DNA of 64,000 bases from Nitrosopumilus sp. (GTDB taxonomy: Archaea; Thermoproteota; Nitrososphaeria; Nitrososphaerales; Nitrosopumilaceae): NCBI GenBank assembly GCA_965205675.1, contig OZ242186.1:1632001-1696000 (forward strand). Direction: 5' to 3'. Position numbers and translations under genes: made by a program. Shown here in pieces: positions 1-10,194 of this stretch (positions are counted from its first letter, which is position 1; the number at the start of each line of letters is the position of its first letter). The notes below the pieces were generated by a model, which did not search any database, was not told where the DNA came from, and saw nothing but the letters and a program-made list of their open reading frames with translations.

Positions 1-35
1 ACAATTCCGCATACGATATCACTTATTCCATCATA
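1..35 (-). mobile_element. Fragment of IS5-family transposase 3' region, cut by the window edge
   Basis: ACAATTCCGCATACGATATCACTTATTCCATCATA is near-identical to about 23315-23349 inside the IS5 element in this window. Confidence 0.6.
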
Positions 36-102
36 CTATATTTAATATGAAACTAATTTTATCCCCAAAAACAGTTCAAGCCTTTACGGATTCATCATGT
101 AA

Positions 103-1458
103 TTACTTTAGTTGTTGCATTATTTTTGGATGGCATAACATAGAACTATGTGCTGCAGAATCTGTACCTATTCCATAACTAATTGTTGAATCTCCCACAA
201 AATACAATCCTTTGATTTTTTTTACTTCATGTGGCATTTTTTGTTTCCACACTAATCCTGGCTCTTTGACTACTGCCTCCACAAGTTTCCATGCCATTGG
301 TCGCTCCCATAACAAAGATTTCTCAAAATCTGGATAAATTTCTGAAATCTCTTTTTTCATTTGTTGACTGATCTCTTTAATTTTTTCAGGATTTTCTGTG
401 TATTCTGCAGGTACAGGTGTTCCTGCCATTAGGAGATGTTCACTTTGTGGTGATACTTTGGATGTGATATTTGATATGAAAAAAATTCCTTTAGATGTGT
501 AATTTCCAATTGGAAATACCACTTGTCTTGAATCAATTTTTTTAGATGTACAAAAATGAGTTTCAATAACAGAAGTAGTTTTGTTTAACTTTTCAACTTT
601 GATTTTAAATTCTTTATCAAATACATCTTCATCAAACAATTCTTTTACCGCAATGTATGCAGGATATGAAACTACAACACTATTAGTTTCAATAAATTTA
701 TCATTGTTATCTATGATTCCTACCACTCTGTTATTTTTGACAGATATTTTTTTGATTGTAGAATTTAGTCTTAATTCATTTCCATTTTCTTGTACATATT
801 TTGCAAGAATTTCTGAAATTTTGTCATATCCTCCCTCATCTGGATATGCAAACTCGCTTGTACCTCCTTTGAATGGATTTGCTCTGATCATCGTTCTCAT
901 AAATTCTCCTAAAGATATTCGTTCAGGTATATCTGCAAATGCTAGCATACATACTGCATCAAAAAATGACTTTGTACTGTGATCTAATTTCTCTGTAATC
1001 TCTGTTAATTTCATATTGTCATGTTCTTCAGCTTTTTTCATTGATGAAAATGCCATTGGAAATAATATTTGCAATAATTTTATTCTGCTACTGATTGGTA
1101 TGATTGCTAGTTTGAGTATGTCAATGATGCCTCTTGGATATTTGAAGAATTTTTTATTTTGAAAAAATACAATATCATCTACTAAAGCTAATTTTAGCCT
1201 CGAAACAATTCCAATTTTTTTAAAAACTTGATACACTGCGGATGTCTTGTAAAATGGCATGATGTGAAATCCGTTGTCGAGAATGTGATTTCGAAATTTC
1301 ATACTTGTGGTTCTGCCTCCTACTTTGGATGATTTTTCAAAAATTTGGACTGAAATGTTCTCATTTGTTAGTAATGCGGCTGTTGATAGACCACTTATTC
1401 CTGCACCTATGATTATTACTTTTTTCTTTACACTAACATCAGTTGATTGTTGAGACAT
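103..1458 (-). CDS. FAD-dependent oxidoreductase, phytoene desaturase/amine oxidase-like
   Basis: N-terminal GAGISGL dinucleotide-binding motif, E..VGGR and DNGFH; C-terminal GLYFVGD. Confidence 0.85.
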   Translation of the reverse strand: MSQQSTDVSVKKKVIIIGAGISGLSTAALLTNENISVQIFEKSSKVGGRTTSMKFRNHILDNGFHIMPFYKTSAVYQVFKKIGIVSRLKLALVDDIVFFQNKKFFKYPRGIIDILKLAIIPISSRIKLLQILFPMAFSSMKKAEEHDNMKLTEITEKLDHSTKSFFDAVCMLAFADIPERISLGEFMRTMIRANPFKGGTSEFAYPDEGGYDKISEILAKYVQENGNELRLNSTIKKISVKNNRVVGIIDNNDKFIETNSVVVSYPAYIAVKELFDEDVFDKEFKIKVEKLNKTTSVIETHFCTSKKIDSRQVVFPIGNYTSKGIFFISNITSKVSPQSEHLLMAGTPVPAEYTENPEKIKEISQQMKKEISEIYPDFEKSLLWERPMAWKLVEAVVKEPGLVWKQKMPHEVKKIKGLYFVGDSTISYGIGTDSAAHSSMLCHPKIMQQLK

Positions 1459-2140
1459 TTTGTTTTATTCTCCTCTGCTTTCTAATTACCCATAATGCTG
1501 ACATGATAGGAATTGATGCTAAAATAAAAAATAAAATTCCGATTGAAGTATAATCATTTACAAATAATTTTGTATCAAGCCATGCCTTTGGTAGTATGGT
1601 AAAAAAATCTCCACCTGAAAAATCTTCAATTGTGCCTATTGCTAAACTATATTTTCCACTTTGATTATTTTCATCCATCACCACTACGAAATATTCTCCA
1701 TCAAGAACAATGTCTGTTCTAACTTCTTGTCTTTCCCAATAAGTTACCTGGCCAAATGGTTCATAAAATTCTCTACTGGGAAATTCTCCCAGATATGAAA
1801 ATTTTTCAGTACCCAATTCAGTTTCAAATGGAACAAGATCATTTCCAAAAATCCCTTTTCCTACAAGAACTAATGTTGGAGAATATTCTTCTAATCCATC
1901 AAGTTTTGGCACAACAATACTTGCATAAAATGAATCACCGTGTTTTGCATTAAATGAATAATATTTTGCTTCATTTGTACCCAAATTTTCGTAAATTGCC
2001 CATGAAATCTTGTGATCAGGAATTTTCAATGCAGAATCAAAACTCCTATGTAAATCATCATGACTGATCAATTTGTGTGCATATGCTGGGCTCACTGAAA
2101 TAATACTAATCAAAACAAATACAAGCATAATTTTTTTCAT
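1439..2140 (-). CDS. Conserved hypothetical secreted/membrane-anchored protein
   Basis: 233 aa ORF with a signal peptide (AYA|H) and a C-terminal TM helix followed by a basic tail. Confidence 0.7.
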   Translation of the reverse strand: MKKIMLVFVLISIISVSPAYAHKLISHDDLHRSFDSALKIPDHKISWAIYENLGTNEAKYYSFNAKHGDSFYASIVVPKLDGLEEYSPTLVLVGKGIFGNDLVPFETELGTEKFSYLGEFPSREFYEPFGQVTYWERQEVRTDIVLDGEYFVVVMDENNQSGKYSLAIGTIEDFSGGDFFTILPKAWLDTKLFVNDYTSIGILFFILASIPIMSALWVIRKQRRIKQNVSTIN

Positions 2141-2544
2141 ATTACTTTTTTGGAATTAGTATTTTAACAAAAATAATTATTTTTTTCTAGTGCTAACCAA
2201 TCATTTACTTTCGCCTCGAGTTAGCATCATGAAAAATTAGTAGAGATAGTTATAAGAGACGAAAATTTGAATTTGTTACTTGACTAAAATTCCTAAAATC
2301 AAAATTACAATTCCTTTAATGGTTCTAACAAGTATTTTTACAATTAGTTTGCTTTCTTACTATCCATCTGATGTTGGTGCTGAATATGGTGAATTTTCTA
2401 TTCCAGAAATTTCAGGAACTATTACTATTGCTGAAACATCTGATGATTATTCTGATGATGCAAAAATTGTACTCAGTGTAGCAATGGCAGTTGCAGAAAA
2501 TTCCGTTGAAAATGGAAAAGCAATGTGGGGAAAACTTGATGTTA

Positions 2545-3690
2545 TAGTTAAGGCATTAAATATTTGAACACTTTAACAACTCGAACCGCTCCATTATCTA
2601 GTCTCTTCTGCATGTGTTTTCTCATTTCAGTTCCATTTGCAAAGAATGTATTGGCATTACCATTTTTCTCTTCTCTCCACTGTATCTCAATTGGATTGAG
2701 TTCTGGAGTGTATGCAGGAAAATATCTAATTATTACTTTATTTTTTGGTGCTTTGAGAAATTCTTTTACTCGGACACTTTTGTGGTATGATGCATTATCT
2801 GCAAACAGTAACAATTTCTTACCAAATTGTTTTTGCAGTGATTCTAAAAAATCAAGAAATGAGTCTGTGTTTGATTTATCATAGAACCTGCAAAAAAATA
2901 CACCGTTATTGCCCAATGCACCAAATGATTGAAATTTTTCTCGAGTGTAATTAATTGGTGTGGTAATGTTATTGCCTGCAAGATACCATCCGCGCTTTAT
3001 GTTGGGTGCTACTTTATTTGTTGACTCGTCCAGACATAGTGTGGTGTATCCCAATTTGGAATATTTTTTGATACTCCTTTTTGCGTTTTTTTAAAACGGG
3101 TTTGTTCCTCTTTTGAGGCTGATTTGTGATGAGTCTGTCTTGGTTTTTTAGATGAGAATCCGATTCTGTGCAGCAATTCACGCATTCCTCTTGCAGAGTA
3201 TAGCGTGTTGTATTTTTTATTCACATGTGTAATTACCATTCTTGTACTCCACATGAATTGATTGAATCCAAACTTTTCTGGACCTGAAATTAGATCATCT
3301 CTTAATGACACTAGTTGTTTTTTATTTAAGAAACATCTAGAGCCAGAATATTCCTTACGGTGTGATGCAGTTATTCCCTCTTTATCCATTCGATTTAGCC
3401 AGTAGGACAGAGTTGATGGTATGACATCCAAACTGGCACATATCACAGAATACGGAATATCTTGTTTTCTTAGTATTGCAGCCTTTAATCTTATCTTCGC
3501 TTTTGCATTTTTTTCATTCTTGCATGTTTTTCTTAAAAAATTAATGCTTGTTCCTTTCATGAAATGGCTTCCTGAAGATACCATTAATGCTTTAGTTTGT
3601 TTTGACATGATTCTGTAAGTATAAACTATGATCTAGATCTTTTGGGTTAAAATAGTTGATAATTCGTTCAAAATTTATATGCCTAAACTA
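2545..3690 (-). mobile_element. IS630-family insertion sequence
   Basis: Imperfect TIRs TAGTTAAGGCATTAAATATTTGAAC / revcomp TAGTTTAGGCATATAAATTTTGAAC; duplicated TA at 2543-2544 and 3691-3692. Confidence 0.92.
2548..3608 (-). CDS. IS630 transposase in two ORFs (HTH 3009-3608, DDE 2548-3054), probably joined by a -1 frameshift
   Basis: DES...DNASYH...PAYTPELNPIE DDE motifs; slippery TTTTAAAAAAAC near 3085-3096 in the overlap region. Confidence 0.85.
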
Positions 3691-4131
3691 TACTCAAGGA
3701 TTTCTAGCTTACAAGATTGGGGTTTTGGCAAATGATGATATTTTTCATAAAGTTATAGTTGATGCTGGAAATGGAGAAGCGTTGTATGTTTCAGAAGGAG
3801 TTTCAAAAGATAACTGGAAACATTCCAAACACTCTGATAGTAAATCTCATAAAAAATGGAAAGATCATTATGCTGATTTAACTCCTCAAGAAAGAGAAAT
3901 TAAAAAACAACAATGGAGTGAAGTAAAAGATGCTTTCTTTGCATTATCTATTGATGAGAGAGCAAAGATGATAATGCATTTCATGTCTATGAAAATCCAA
4001 TTTGAACCAATGTCTGATCAAGAAAGAGCTGATAAAAAATTACAAATGAAATCAATGATGAATGAATTATTACCTCTATCTGTTGAAGAAAAAACTCTAA
4101 AACTACGTGAATTTGTAAATTCACTTTAATT

Positions 4132-4248
4132 TCCCATAATCCAAGTCCACTTTCATCCCCAAAATGATGACTAAATCCCCGTGGGCTCATTTTTGTACTC
4201 AAAAAGTGGCTGAATCCTAATGGATTCCATTTTAGCCTCAAAAATAGT
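4132..4248. repeat. Degenerate ~39-bp tandem repeat (2 clear units plus 1 weak); related copy at about 5161-5192
   Basis: CTAAATCCCCGTGGGCTCATTTTTGTACTCAAAAAGTGG vs CTGAATCCTAATGGATTCCATTTTAGCCTCAAAAATAGT. Confidence 0.45.
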
Positions 4249-4277
4249 AAGATATTGATTTTCAATTAAAAATTAGT

Positions 4278-5084
4278 TTATTCCAATAAATTTACGATTG
4301 TAATTTCTGGTGGATTAAAAAATCTTGGTGCGGGAGTTAGACCACATGTTGTATAGACATCAGCATCATTTACAATGTAATGTTTATAATCATAATCTCC
4401 TTCAAATCCTATAATTTTTGGTATAGATCCGACATATGGAAGTCTGACTTGTCCACAATGAGTATGTCCAAACAAGTACACATCTGCTGTTTCTTTACTA
4501 ATTTCTAAATTATTTTGATTATGTGTAAATAAAATTTTAAATTCGTCTGAAGTGTTTTCAAAAGCTTTGTCTAAATCTCTTAAACCTGCCCAGTAAGAAT
4601 CAAGACCAATTATTACAACATCATTAATTACAACATTTTCATTTCTAAGAATTTCTATTGGACCATTGGATTCAAGATATTCTATTACTGTTTCTGCTGT
4701 GAGAAAATTGGCATTATTAAGATTAAGAGAATATACATTATAATCATGATTTCCTAAAACCCCATATACTCCACTTTTTGTTTCTAAACTTCCTAATGGA
4801 TCTAGCGAAGGTAATTCATCTATACCTTTATCAATAAAATCCCCTGCAATAATTACTACATCAAGATCTTGTGCATTTAGTATGTTTACAACACGTTGAA
4901 CAAATGCAGGATCAGAATTTTGTCTTTGAAAATCAGAAATAAAACCAATCTTCATTTTAGTTCCAGTATCTAAAATATCTATCTCATTAACTTCAATCAT
5001 GTTAGGTTCAATTACAAATGCATCTAATCCTGATATTACAATAATTCCAACAAATACGCTGACAAAAATTCTCTTTTTCGTCAA
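4278..5084 (-). CDS. Metallophosphoesterase (calcineurin-like, YkuE type)
   Basis: SDFQ, GDFID, GNHD and GHTHCGQ motifs; N-terminal anchor. Confidence 0.9.
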   Translation of the reverse strand: MTKKRIFVSVFVGIIVISGLDAFVIEPNMIEVNEIDILDTGTKMKIGFISDFQRQNSDPAFVQRVVNILNAQDLDVVIIAGDFIDKGIDELPSLDPLGSLETKSGVYGVLGNHDYNVYSLNLNNANFLTAETVIEYLESNGPIEILRNENVVINDVVIIGLDSYWAGLRDLDKAFENTSDEFKILFTHNQNNLEISKETADVYLFGHTHCGQVRLPYVGSIPKIIGFEGDYDYKHYIVNDADVYTTCGLTPAPRFFNPPEITIVNLLE

Positions 5085-5397
5085 GGAATTTCTTCTAATT
5101 TTGTTGTTTAAAATGCATTTCTATGCCTATCTGCGTACTTTTTATCTCCAATTTAGTAGATGAATTCCCATGGAGTTCCATTTTAACTCTAATTTGGGTA
5201 CTGGTAAATTTATCTGATGTTAAAAATATTGTAGAGCAACAAGAGATAATCTCTGTACAAAACAATTCGACTATATTTACAATACTACCTACAAAATCTT
5301 AATTTTTTGCTTATTTTTGTTCAGAAATGTTCTAGTTTTCATAAAGTTAAACTAAAGATGAGAAATCTTTATCAGAGATAATCTTTGATTTGAAAAT

Positions 5398-6024
5398 GTG
5401 TCCAAGAAAGAATTTGACGATTTCAAAGAGCATTTCCCAGGATGGGATGATTACTATAAAGAAACAGATGTTGAGACAATGCCTTGGTATGAGAAAAATT
5501 TAGACCATGATGTGGAAAATGAAATTAAATATAATGATTACAATACTGGAAATTTTTTGGATCTGGGTACAGGTCCAGGAACACAAGCATTAGAATTATC
5601 AAAATATGACTTTAAAGTAACTGGAACAGATATTTCTCAAAGTGCAATCGAAAAAGCTGAAAAATTATCAAAAAAAATTAATTTTTTAGTAGATGATATT
5701 TTAAATTCTAAGCTTCCTGATAAAAAATTTGATTTTATTTTAGATAGAGGAATTTTTCATAACTTTGATGTTTCGCATAGACCTCAATACCTAAAACAAA
5801 TTAAGCGAATTTTAAATAATAATGGAATTTTATTTCTAAAATGTATGAGTGTAAACGAGAAAAATATAACAGATAATGATATGCCACATAAATTATCCAA
5901 TCAGGAGATAATTGATTCTTTTAATGATGATTTTGATATTTTAAAAATTAAAGATAGTGAGTTTCGTGGTACTCTTGAATTTCATCCCAAAGCTTTGTTT
6001 GCAGTTTTAAAGAAAAAATTATGA
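5398..6024 (+). CDS. Class I SAM-dependent methyltransferase
   Basis: LDLGTGPG motif I; FDFILDRG motif. Confidence 0.9.
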   Translation: MSKKEFDDFKEHFPGWDDYYKETDVETMPWYEKNLDHDVENEIKYNDYNTGNFLDLGTGPGTQALELSKYDFKVTGTDISQSAIEKAEKLSKKINFLVDDILNSKLPDKKFDFILDRGIFHNFDVSHRPQYLKQIKRILNNNGILFLKCMSVNEKNITDNDMPHKLSNQEIIDSFNDDFDILKIKDSEFRGTLEFHPKALFAVLKKKL

Positions 6025-6482
6025 TTGATAATGTATTAGTCAGACCAGCTTCTAACAAAGACATTCCTATGCTTCTTGGATTACTATATGATCTTGGACG
6101 TCCAAAACCTCAAAAAGATTCTGATGTTGAGTTGTTTCGTACATTATTTACAAAATATATTCAAGATTCTGATAAAACAGTTCTTGTTGCAGAACTTGAT
6201 GATGTGAAAATTGTTGGCATGGTAAGTATCATGTTTTTATCAAGATTAAATCAATCTACTTTGGAAATGTATATTCCAGAATTAGTTATTCTTGAAAAAT
6301 ATCAAAATCATGGAATGGGTAAAAAATTGGTCAATTCTTGTATAATTCTTGCAAAAGAGAAAAAATGTCATAGAATCCGATTGGAATCTGGAAATCAGAG
6401 AAAAGACTCTCATCAATTCTACAAACGTTTAGGGTTTGATCAACATGCACTTTCATTTACTAAAACAGATCTAGTTCTGTGA
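6021..6482 (+). CDS. GNAT-family N-acetyltransferase
   Basis: YQNHGMGKKL acetyl-CoA motif; FYKRLGF. Confidence 0.9.
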   Translation: MIDNVLVRPASNKDIPMLLGLLYDLGRPKPQKDSDVELFRTLFTKYIQDSDKTVLVAELDDVKIVGMVSIMFLSRLNQSTLEMYIPELVILEKYQNHGMGKKLVNSCIILAKEKKCHRIRLESGNQRKDSHQFYKRLGFDQHALSFTKTDLVL

Positions 6483-6514
6483 TCTCTTTTATACCTAAAA
6501 TGATTGTTCATATT

Positions 6515-6667
6515 AGACGTCTTGCGTAATTAGACGGATTTGACATGATTGCACAAATTCATTCATAATAAGATCCAAAGCTGGACAGAGCTACTCCATT
6601 TTATGTTCTCATCAGACAACTCCCCAAAAAATCAAAAGCATTTCTCTCATACACAGGAGTCACTAGG
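6515..6667 (+). mobile_element. Degenerate left end of an IS5-family element
   Basis: AGACGTCTTGCGTAATTAGAC...AAGATCCAAAGCT...GGAGTCACTAGG aligns to the reverse complement of about 24113-24267 (TIR plus transposase start). Confidence 0.75.
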
Positions 6668-6790
6668 TTTAGTGATTCGTAACATCAAAAAAGAGCAGGA
6701 TTGATGACTTGAAAGATTAAAAAAAATCTGTACTTATTGTGCAAGTGGATATAGAGGAAACATTGCAGCTAATGAGTTAAACAAGGATGC
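6663..6790 (+). pseudogene. Rhodanese-domain gene remnant
   Basis: Frameshifted fragment reading KICTYCASGYRGNIAANELNK (rhodanese active-loop region), abutting the IS5 end. Confidence 0.6.
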
Positions 6791-7143
6791 TCCCTTCGAT
6801 TGGATTTAATTTTATTGTTTGAAAAATTAATTTTAGATGTCTTGTATAGTTGCAATAAAGAGGAAAACTAAAAATTGAGATTTAATCATTCCAAGATATT
6901 TCTATAGAGATTTACAATGGGTTTAATCCTGAAAACTTGGAATCTTTGGAAAGCAGAACATGACCTCTTTCATGCAACTAGGAGATTGCATAGTTTGGCT
7001 GTGAAAAAAGATGTTGAGGTCTCATAGATGTTATACTGTCTGGTTATCTGAAAAGGCAGAGATTAGGCGTAAAAGTCATAAATCTATCAAATGAAAAAAG
7101 CGAAACTATGAGATTAAATATGCGTTCAAGGCATTTTTTATGA

Positions 7144-7217
7144 GGGTCTATGGCGCAGCCAGGTAGCGCACCGGACTTTTAATCCGGTTGTCAAGGGTCC
7201 GAATCCCTTTAGACCCG
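7144..7217 (+). tRNA. tRNA-Lys(TTT)
   Basis: Cloverleaf: GGGTCTA/TAGACCC acceptor stem, CCGGA-CTTTTAA-TCCGG anticodon arm. Confidence 0.95.
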
Positions 7218-7269
7218 CTCTCTTTTAGTGATAAAAATAAACTCAGCTGTATCTAATTACATGGATACC

Positions 7270-7664
7270 AAGATAGAGAATATGGCAATAATGCACACTC
7301 TAACTTTGTTGAATCCATCAAAAGCGATGCAACTAAGCGTGGATACTGAAAAGATCTGCATAAATTCTACCAAAGATTGATTCCGTTTCTGTGACTATTA
7401 TTTTTTGTTCAGAATGTGGAGGTATTTTTAACTCCAGTTCCTCTAATCTTGATTTTGGAATTTCTTTAAAGCGTAAGAGTATGATTTTCTGGTCCCCCCC
7501 CAACCGTGTTTATTCTGACTGATGTTCTTATAACTAATCTCGGAATATTGATCAAAAAAGTATTTTACTGATTCTAACTCTACAAATTCATTAAATGTGA
7601 GATGTTTGGTTTTTACCCTGTTTTCAGATCTCATATTCAAGGCAATATTGATAATAAAACTCAT
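7270..7664. pseudogene. Integrase N-terminal remnants downstream of tRNA-Lys
   Basis: + strand NFVESIKSDATKRGY*KDLHKF resembles FEESIKSQYTKKNY of the integrase at 60904; - strand ORF 7443-7664 ends TRKSYSYALKKF, typical of a tyrosine-recombinase N-domain. Confidence 0.5.
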
Positions 7665-7734
7665 GAGTATTATTGCTACATCAAGAATTGTAGATTAATA
7701 ATACATTAAATACACTACACAATCCAATCTATTC

Positions 7735-8244
7735 ATGTTTGGGAGAAAACCTACATTGAAAGAAGGTACTACTGTTTTCTCAATTAAAAAAAATGGTGAA
7801 TTTAATGACTTTATCTTTGGTGTGGTTACTGGTATTGATGGAAGGAAAGTTGGTATCAATGGGGTAATCGTAAATCCAATAGGATTGAAAAATAAGATTG
7901 CTCAAGGAAAGACCGGTGAACGTTCCCGAGAAATCCTTGAACACCCAAATCCTGACAATGTGGTACTTGCATTAGTGTATAGAGTCGAACATGAAAATTA
8001 TGCTGAAGTATTAGATCTTGATGTTGACAAGTGTGATATTCTTCCTCCAAAAATTTATGCAATGTTAGATGGTTGGATTCGTGAATCATTACCTGAATTT
8101 TTTAATGCTGTTTTATCCTTACCAGAAGGTTCTGAAAGAGATGAGGCAAAACGAGTTTTAAGACAAAGAAAGGATACTTTGAATGATCCTAATCTGAAAA
8201 GAACTGTGTATGCTGTTTGTAGAAGTCTAAAAATACTGAACTAA
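7735..8244 (+). CDS. Conserved hypothetical protein
   Basis: 169 aa ORF with backbone-like codon usage; no motif recognised. Confidence 0.7.
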   Translation: MFGRKPTLKEGTTVFSIKKNGEFNDFIFGVVTGIDGRKVGINGVIVNPIGLKNKIAQGKTGERSREILEHPNPDNVVLALVYRVEHENYAEVLDLDVDKCDILPPKIYAMLDGWIRESLPEFFNAVLSLPEGSERDEAKRVLRQRKDTLNDPNLKRTVYAVCRSLKILN

Positions 8245-8312
8245 ATTTTCCTACCGATTTTAGGTGTACTTCTCCATAGTTTTATATTATGCCCCAAGAA
8301 AATCTCGACATA

Positions 8313-8618
8313 ATGGAATATGTTTACGCTGCTTTACTTCTTCACAAACTAGACAAAGAAGTCAACGAGGCAAATCTCACATCAGTTGTTAAAGCATCTG
8401 GTGCTGAAGTTAATGAAGCCCAAGTTAAATCACTAGTTGCAGCCTTAGCCGATGTTAATATTGATGAGGCAGTTAAAGCCGCACCTGCAGCAGTTGCAGC
8501 AGACGCACCTGCAGCAGCCGATGCATCAACAAGTGGTGGCGAAAAGAAAGAAGAAAAGAAAGAAGAACCTAAAAACGAAGAAGCAGCCATGGAAGGACTA
8601 TCTTCCTTATTTGGCTAA
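8313..8618 (+). CDS. rpl12: 50S ribosomal protein P1 (L12p)
   Basis: [11 protein letters not shown] start, Ala-rich hinge, acidic C-terminus GLSSLFG. Confidence 0.95.
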   Translation: MEYVYAALLLHKLDKEVNEANLTSVVKASGAEVNEAQVKSLVAALADVNIDEAVKAAPAAVAADAPAAADASTSGGEKKEEKKEEPKNEEAAMEGLSSLFG

Positions 8619-8698
8619 GCAACTTTATTTTTATTCAATTTACACTTGATCTCTATTTTTATCAAATCTTAATTAATAATAGATATGTGTTGCATTAA

Positions 8699-9331
8699 AT
8701 GGTAGATTTTTCTTTTCCTATAGATGGGTTCGTTAGCATTCTTGATTATTTGGGTACCATATCTTTTGCTGTAACTGGTGCATCTAAAGCCATTATACAT
8801 AAGGCTGATATATTTGGAATTATTGTACTTGCCACTGTAGTTGGAGTGGCAGGTGGAATTACACGTGATGTGATATTTGGAAGATTTCCTATTGCTCTCT
8901 CTGATCCAATCTATGTTTCTCTAACTATTGTAGTTGGAATTGTGATGTTTTTTTTGTATATAAAATTTAAAAAACAAATGAACATTTGGTTAATTTTCGA
9001 TGCAATTGGGTTGGGAGTGTTTTCTATTCTTGGTGCATCTATTACATATCAAGTCATTGGATTACATTTCCTTCCAATGTTGTTTGGAGGAATGATCACT
9101 GCAATTGGTGGTGGAATTCTTAGAGATGTATTTGTAAGAGAGATCCCGCTGGTCTTTGTAAAAGAAGTTTATGCTATAGCTAGTCTTGTTGGAATTATAA
9201 TATTTTACATTATTTTGTCATCTGGTATTAACATTCAAATTTCGTCAATAGTTGGCATTGTGGTTACAACAACAATAAGATTACTTGCGATGAAGTATAA
9301 ATGGAATCTCCCTAAAGTTAGAGAGACTTAA
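8699..9331 (+). CDS. Trimeric intracellular cation channel (TRIC/YadS) family membrane protein
   Basis: Twice-repeated GGxxRD motifs (AGGITRD, GGGILRD); multiple TM helices. Confidence 0.9.
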   Translation: MVDFSFPIDGFVSILDYLGTISFAVTGASKAIIHKADIFGIIVLATVVGVAGGITRDVIFGRFPIALSDPIYVSLTIVVGIVMFFLYIKFKKQMNIWLIFDAIGLGVFSILGASITYQVIGLHFLPMLFGGMITAIGGGILRDVFVREIPLVFVKEVYAIASLVGIIIFYIILSSGINIQISSIVGIVVTTTIRLLAMKYKWNLPKVRET

Positions 9332-10194
9332 GATAGAGTGTAATCTTTTGCTTGACCTGCAACTGCTTTTGCTTGAGAATCTGCTTTTTGTAAAATTTGT
9401 TCCTTTGTTTCATCCGTCATGAATCCTGACTCAATAGACACAGAACGTGCAGATTGAGCAGCCTTACTAAGAATATGTGAAATGTTATCTGCAGTGATAT
9501 AGGCTGCCTCAATTGATAATGATACTGCTTCTTGATGTGCTTTGGAGAACTCTGCTCTGATTTTCTCGACATCAATAATCATTTCCTCTTCAGCATACAC
9601 TGTTCCTGCTTCTAATGCTGAAGAAAGTAAAATTCCTGCCTCAACTGGTTTAATGTCTAATTTACCTAAAATGGATGCTAATTTTTCATTAATTATTTTA
9701 CCTTTTAGAACTGGTGTACTGTCTTTTGCAATCCAAATTGTTCCTTGATCAATTTTGGTTGGAATTCCTGCCTCTTTGAATTCTGTAAGCATTGGTCCTG
9801 GTGCAATTCCTGTATTCTTTGCAGGTACGACAATATCAAAACTTGCAAGATCTCCACCTCTTGCTGCCATCATTATTTTATTTTTAGCGAGAAGAACATT
9901 TAGCTTGAATGGTGACATGTTTGTAAATAGAAACATACATTGTCCTGTTAGTTTATCTGCAATCTCTTTGATCCCTGGTACGTCAAGTGCCTCAAATGCT
10001 TTTTTTGCGATTTTATCTTTGATACTGAAAAATTCTACGTCTTCTGCCAAAGTTTTTCTTAATGGAAGAATTTGAGTGGAACGAACCTTTCTCATTTTAA
10101 CTATGGCTAAAACTTTGTATTTTTTTGGTAGCTCTTGCAACTGTTGATACATTTGAGCTTTTCTTTTAGGATACTTTGTTCTATTTTCATGCAT
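9328..10194 (-). CDS. rpl10: 50S ribosomal protein L10/P0
   Basis: NTGIAPGP, GIPTKIDQGTI and LGKLDIKP motifs; adjacent to rpl1. Confidence 0.95.
   Translation of the reverse strand: MHENRTKYPKRKAQMYQQLQELPKKYKVLAIVKMRKVRSTQILPLRKTLAEDVEFFSIKDKIAKKAFEALDVPGIKEIADKLTGQCMFLFTNMSPFKLNVLLAKNKIMMAARGGDLASFDIVVPAKNTGIAPGPMLTEFKEAGIPTKIDQGTIWIAKDSTPVLKGKIINEKLASILGKLDIKPVEAGILLSSALEAGTVYAEEEMIIDVEKIRAEFSKAHQEAVSLSIEAAYITADNISHILSKAAQSARSVSIESGFMTDETKEQILQKADSQAKAVAGQAKDYTLS

Larger units (their letters stand above)
2280..4129 (+). pseudogene. PepSY-like secreted protein gene split by an IS630 insertion
   Basis: Removing 2545-3692 rejoins ...GAT GTT A|CT CAA GGA in frame (KLDVTQGFLAYK), giving 233 aa with a PepSY-like motif (YKIGV...HKVIVDAGNGEAL). 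Confidence 0.8.

Noticed and set aside
4132-4248. Possible CRISPR array
   Set aside because: The units are degenerate and abut each other with no unique spacers, and there are no cas genes in the window
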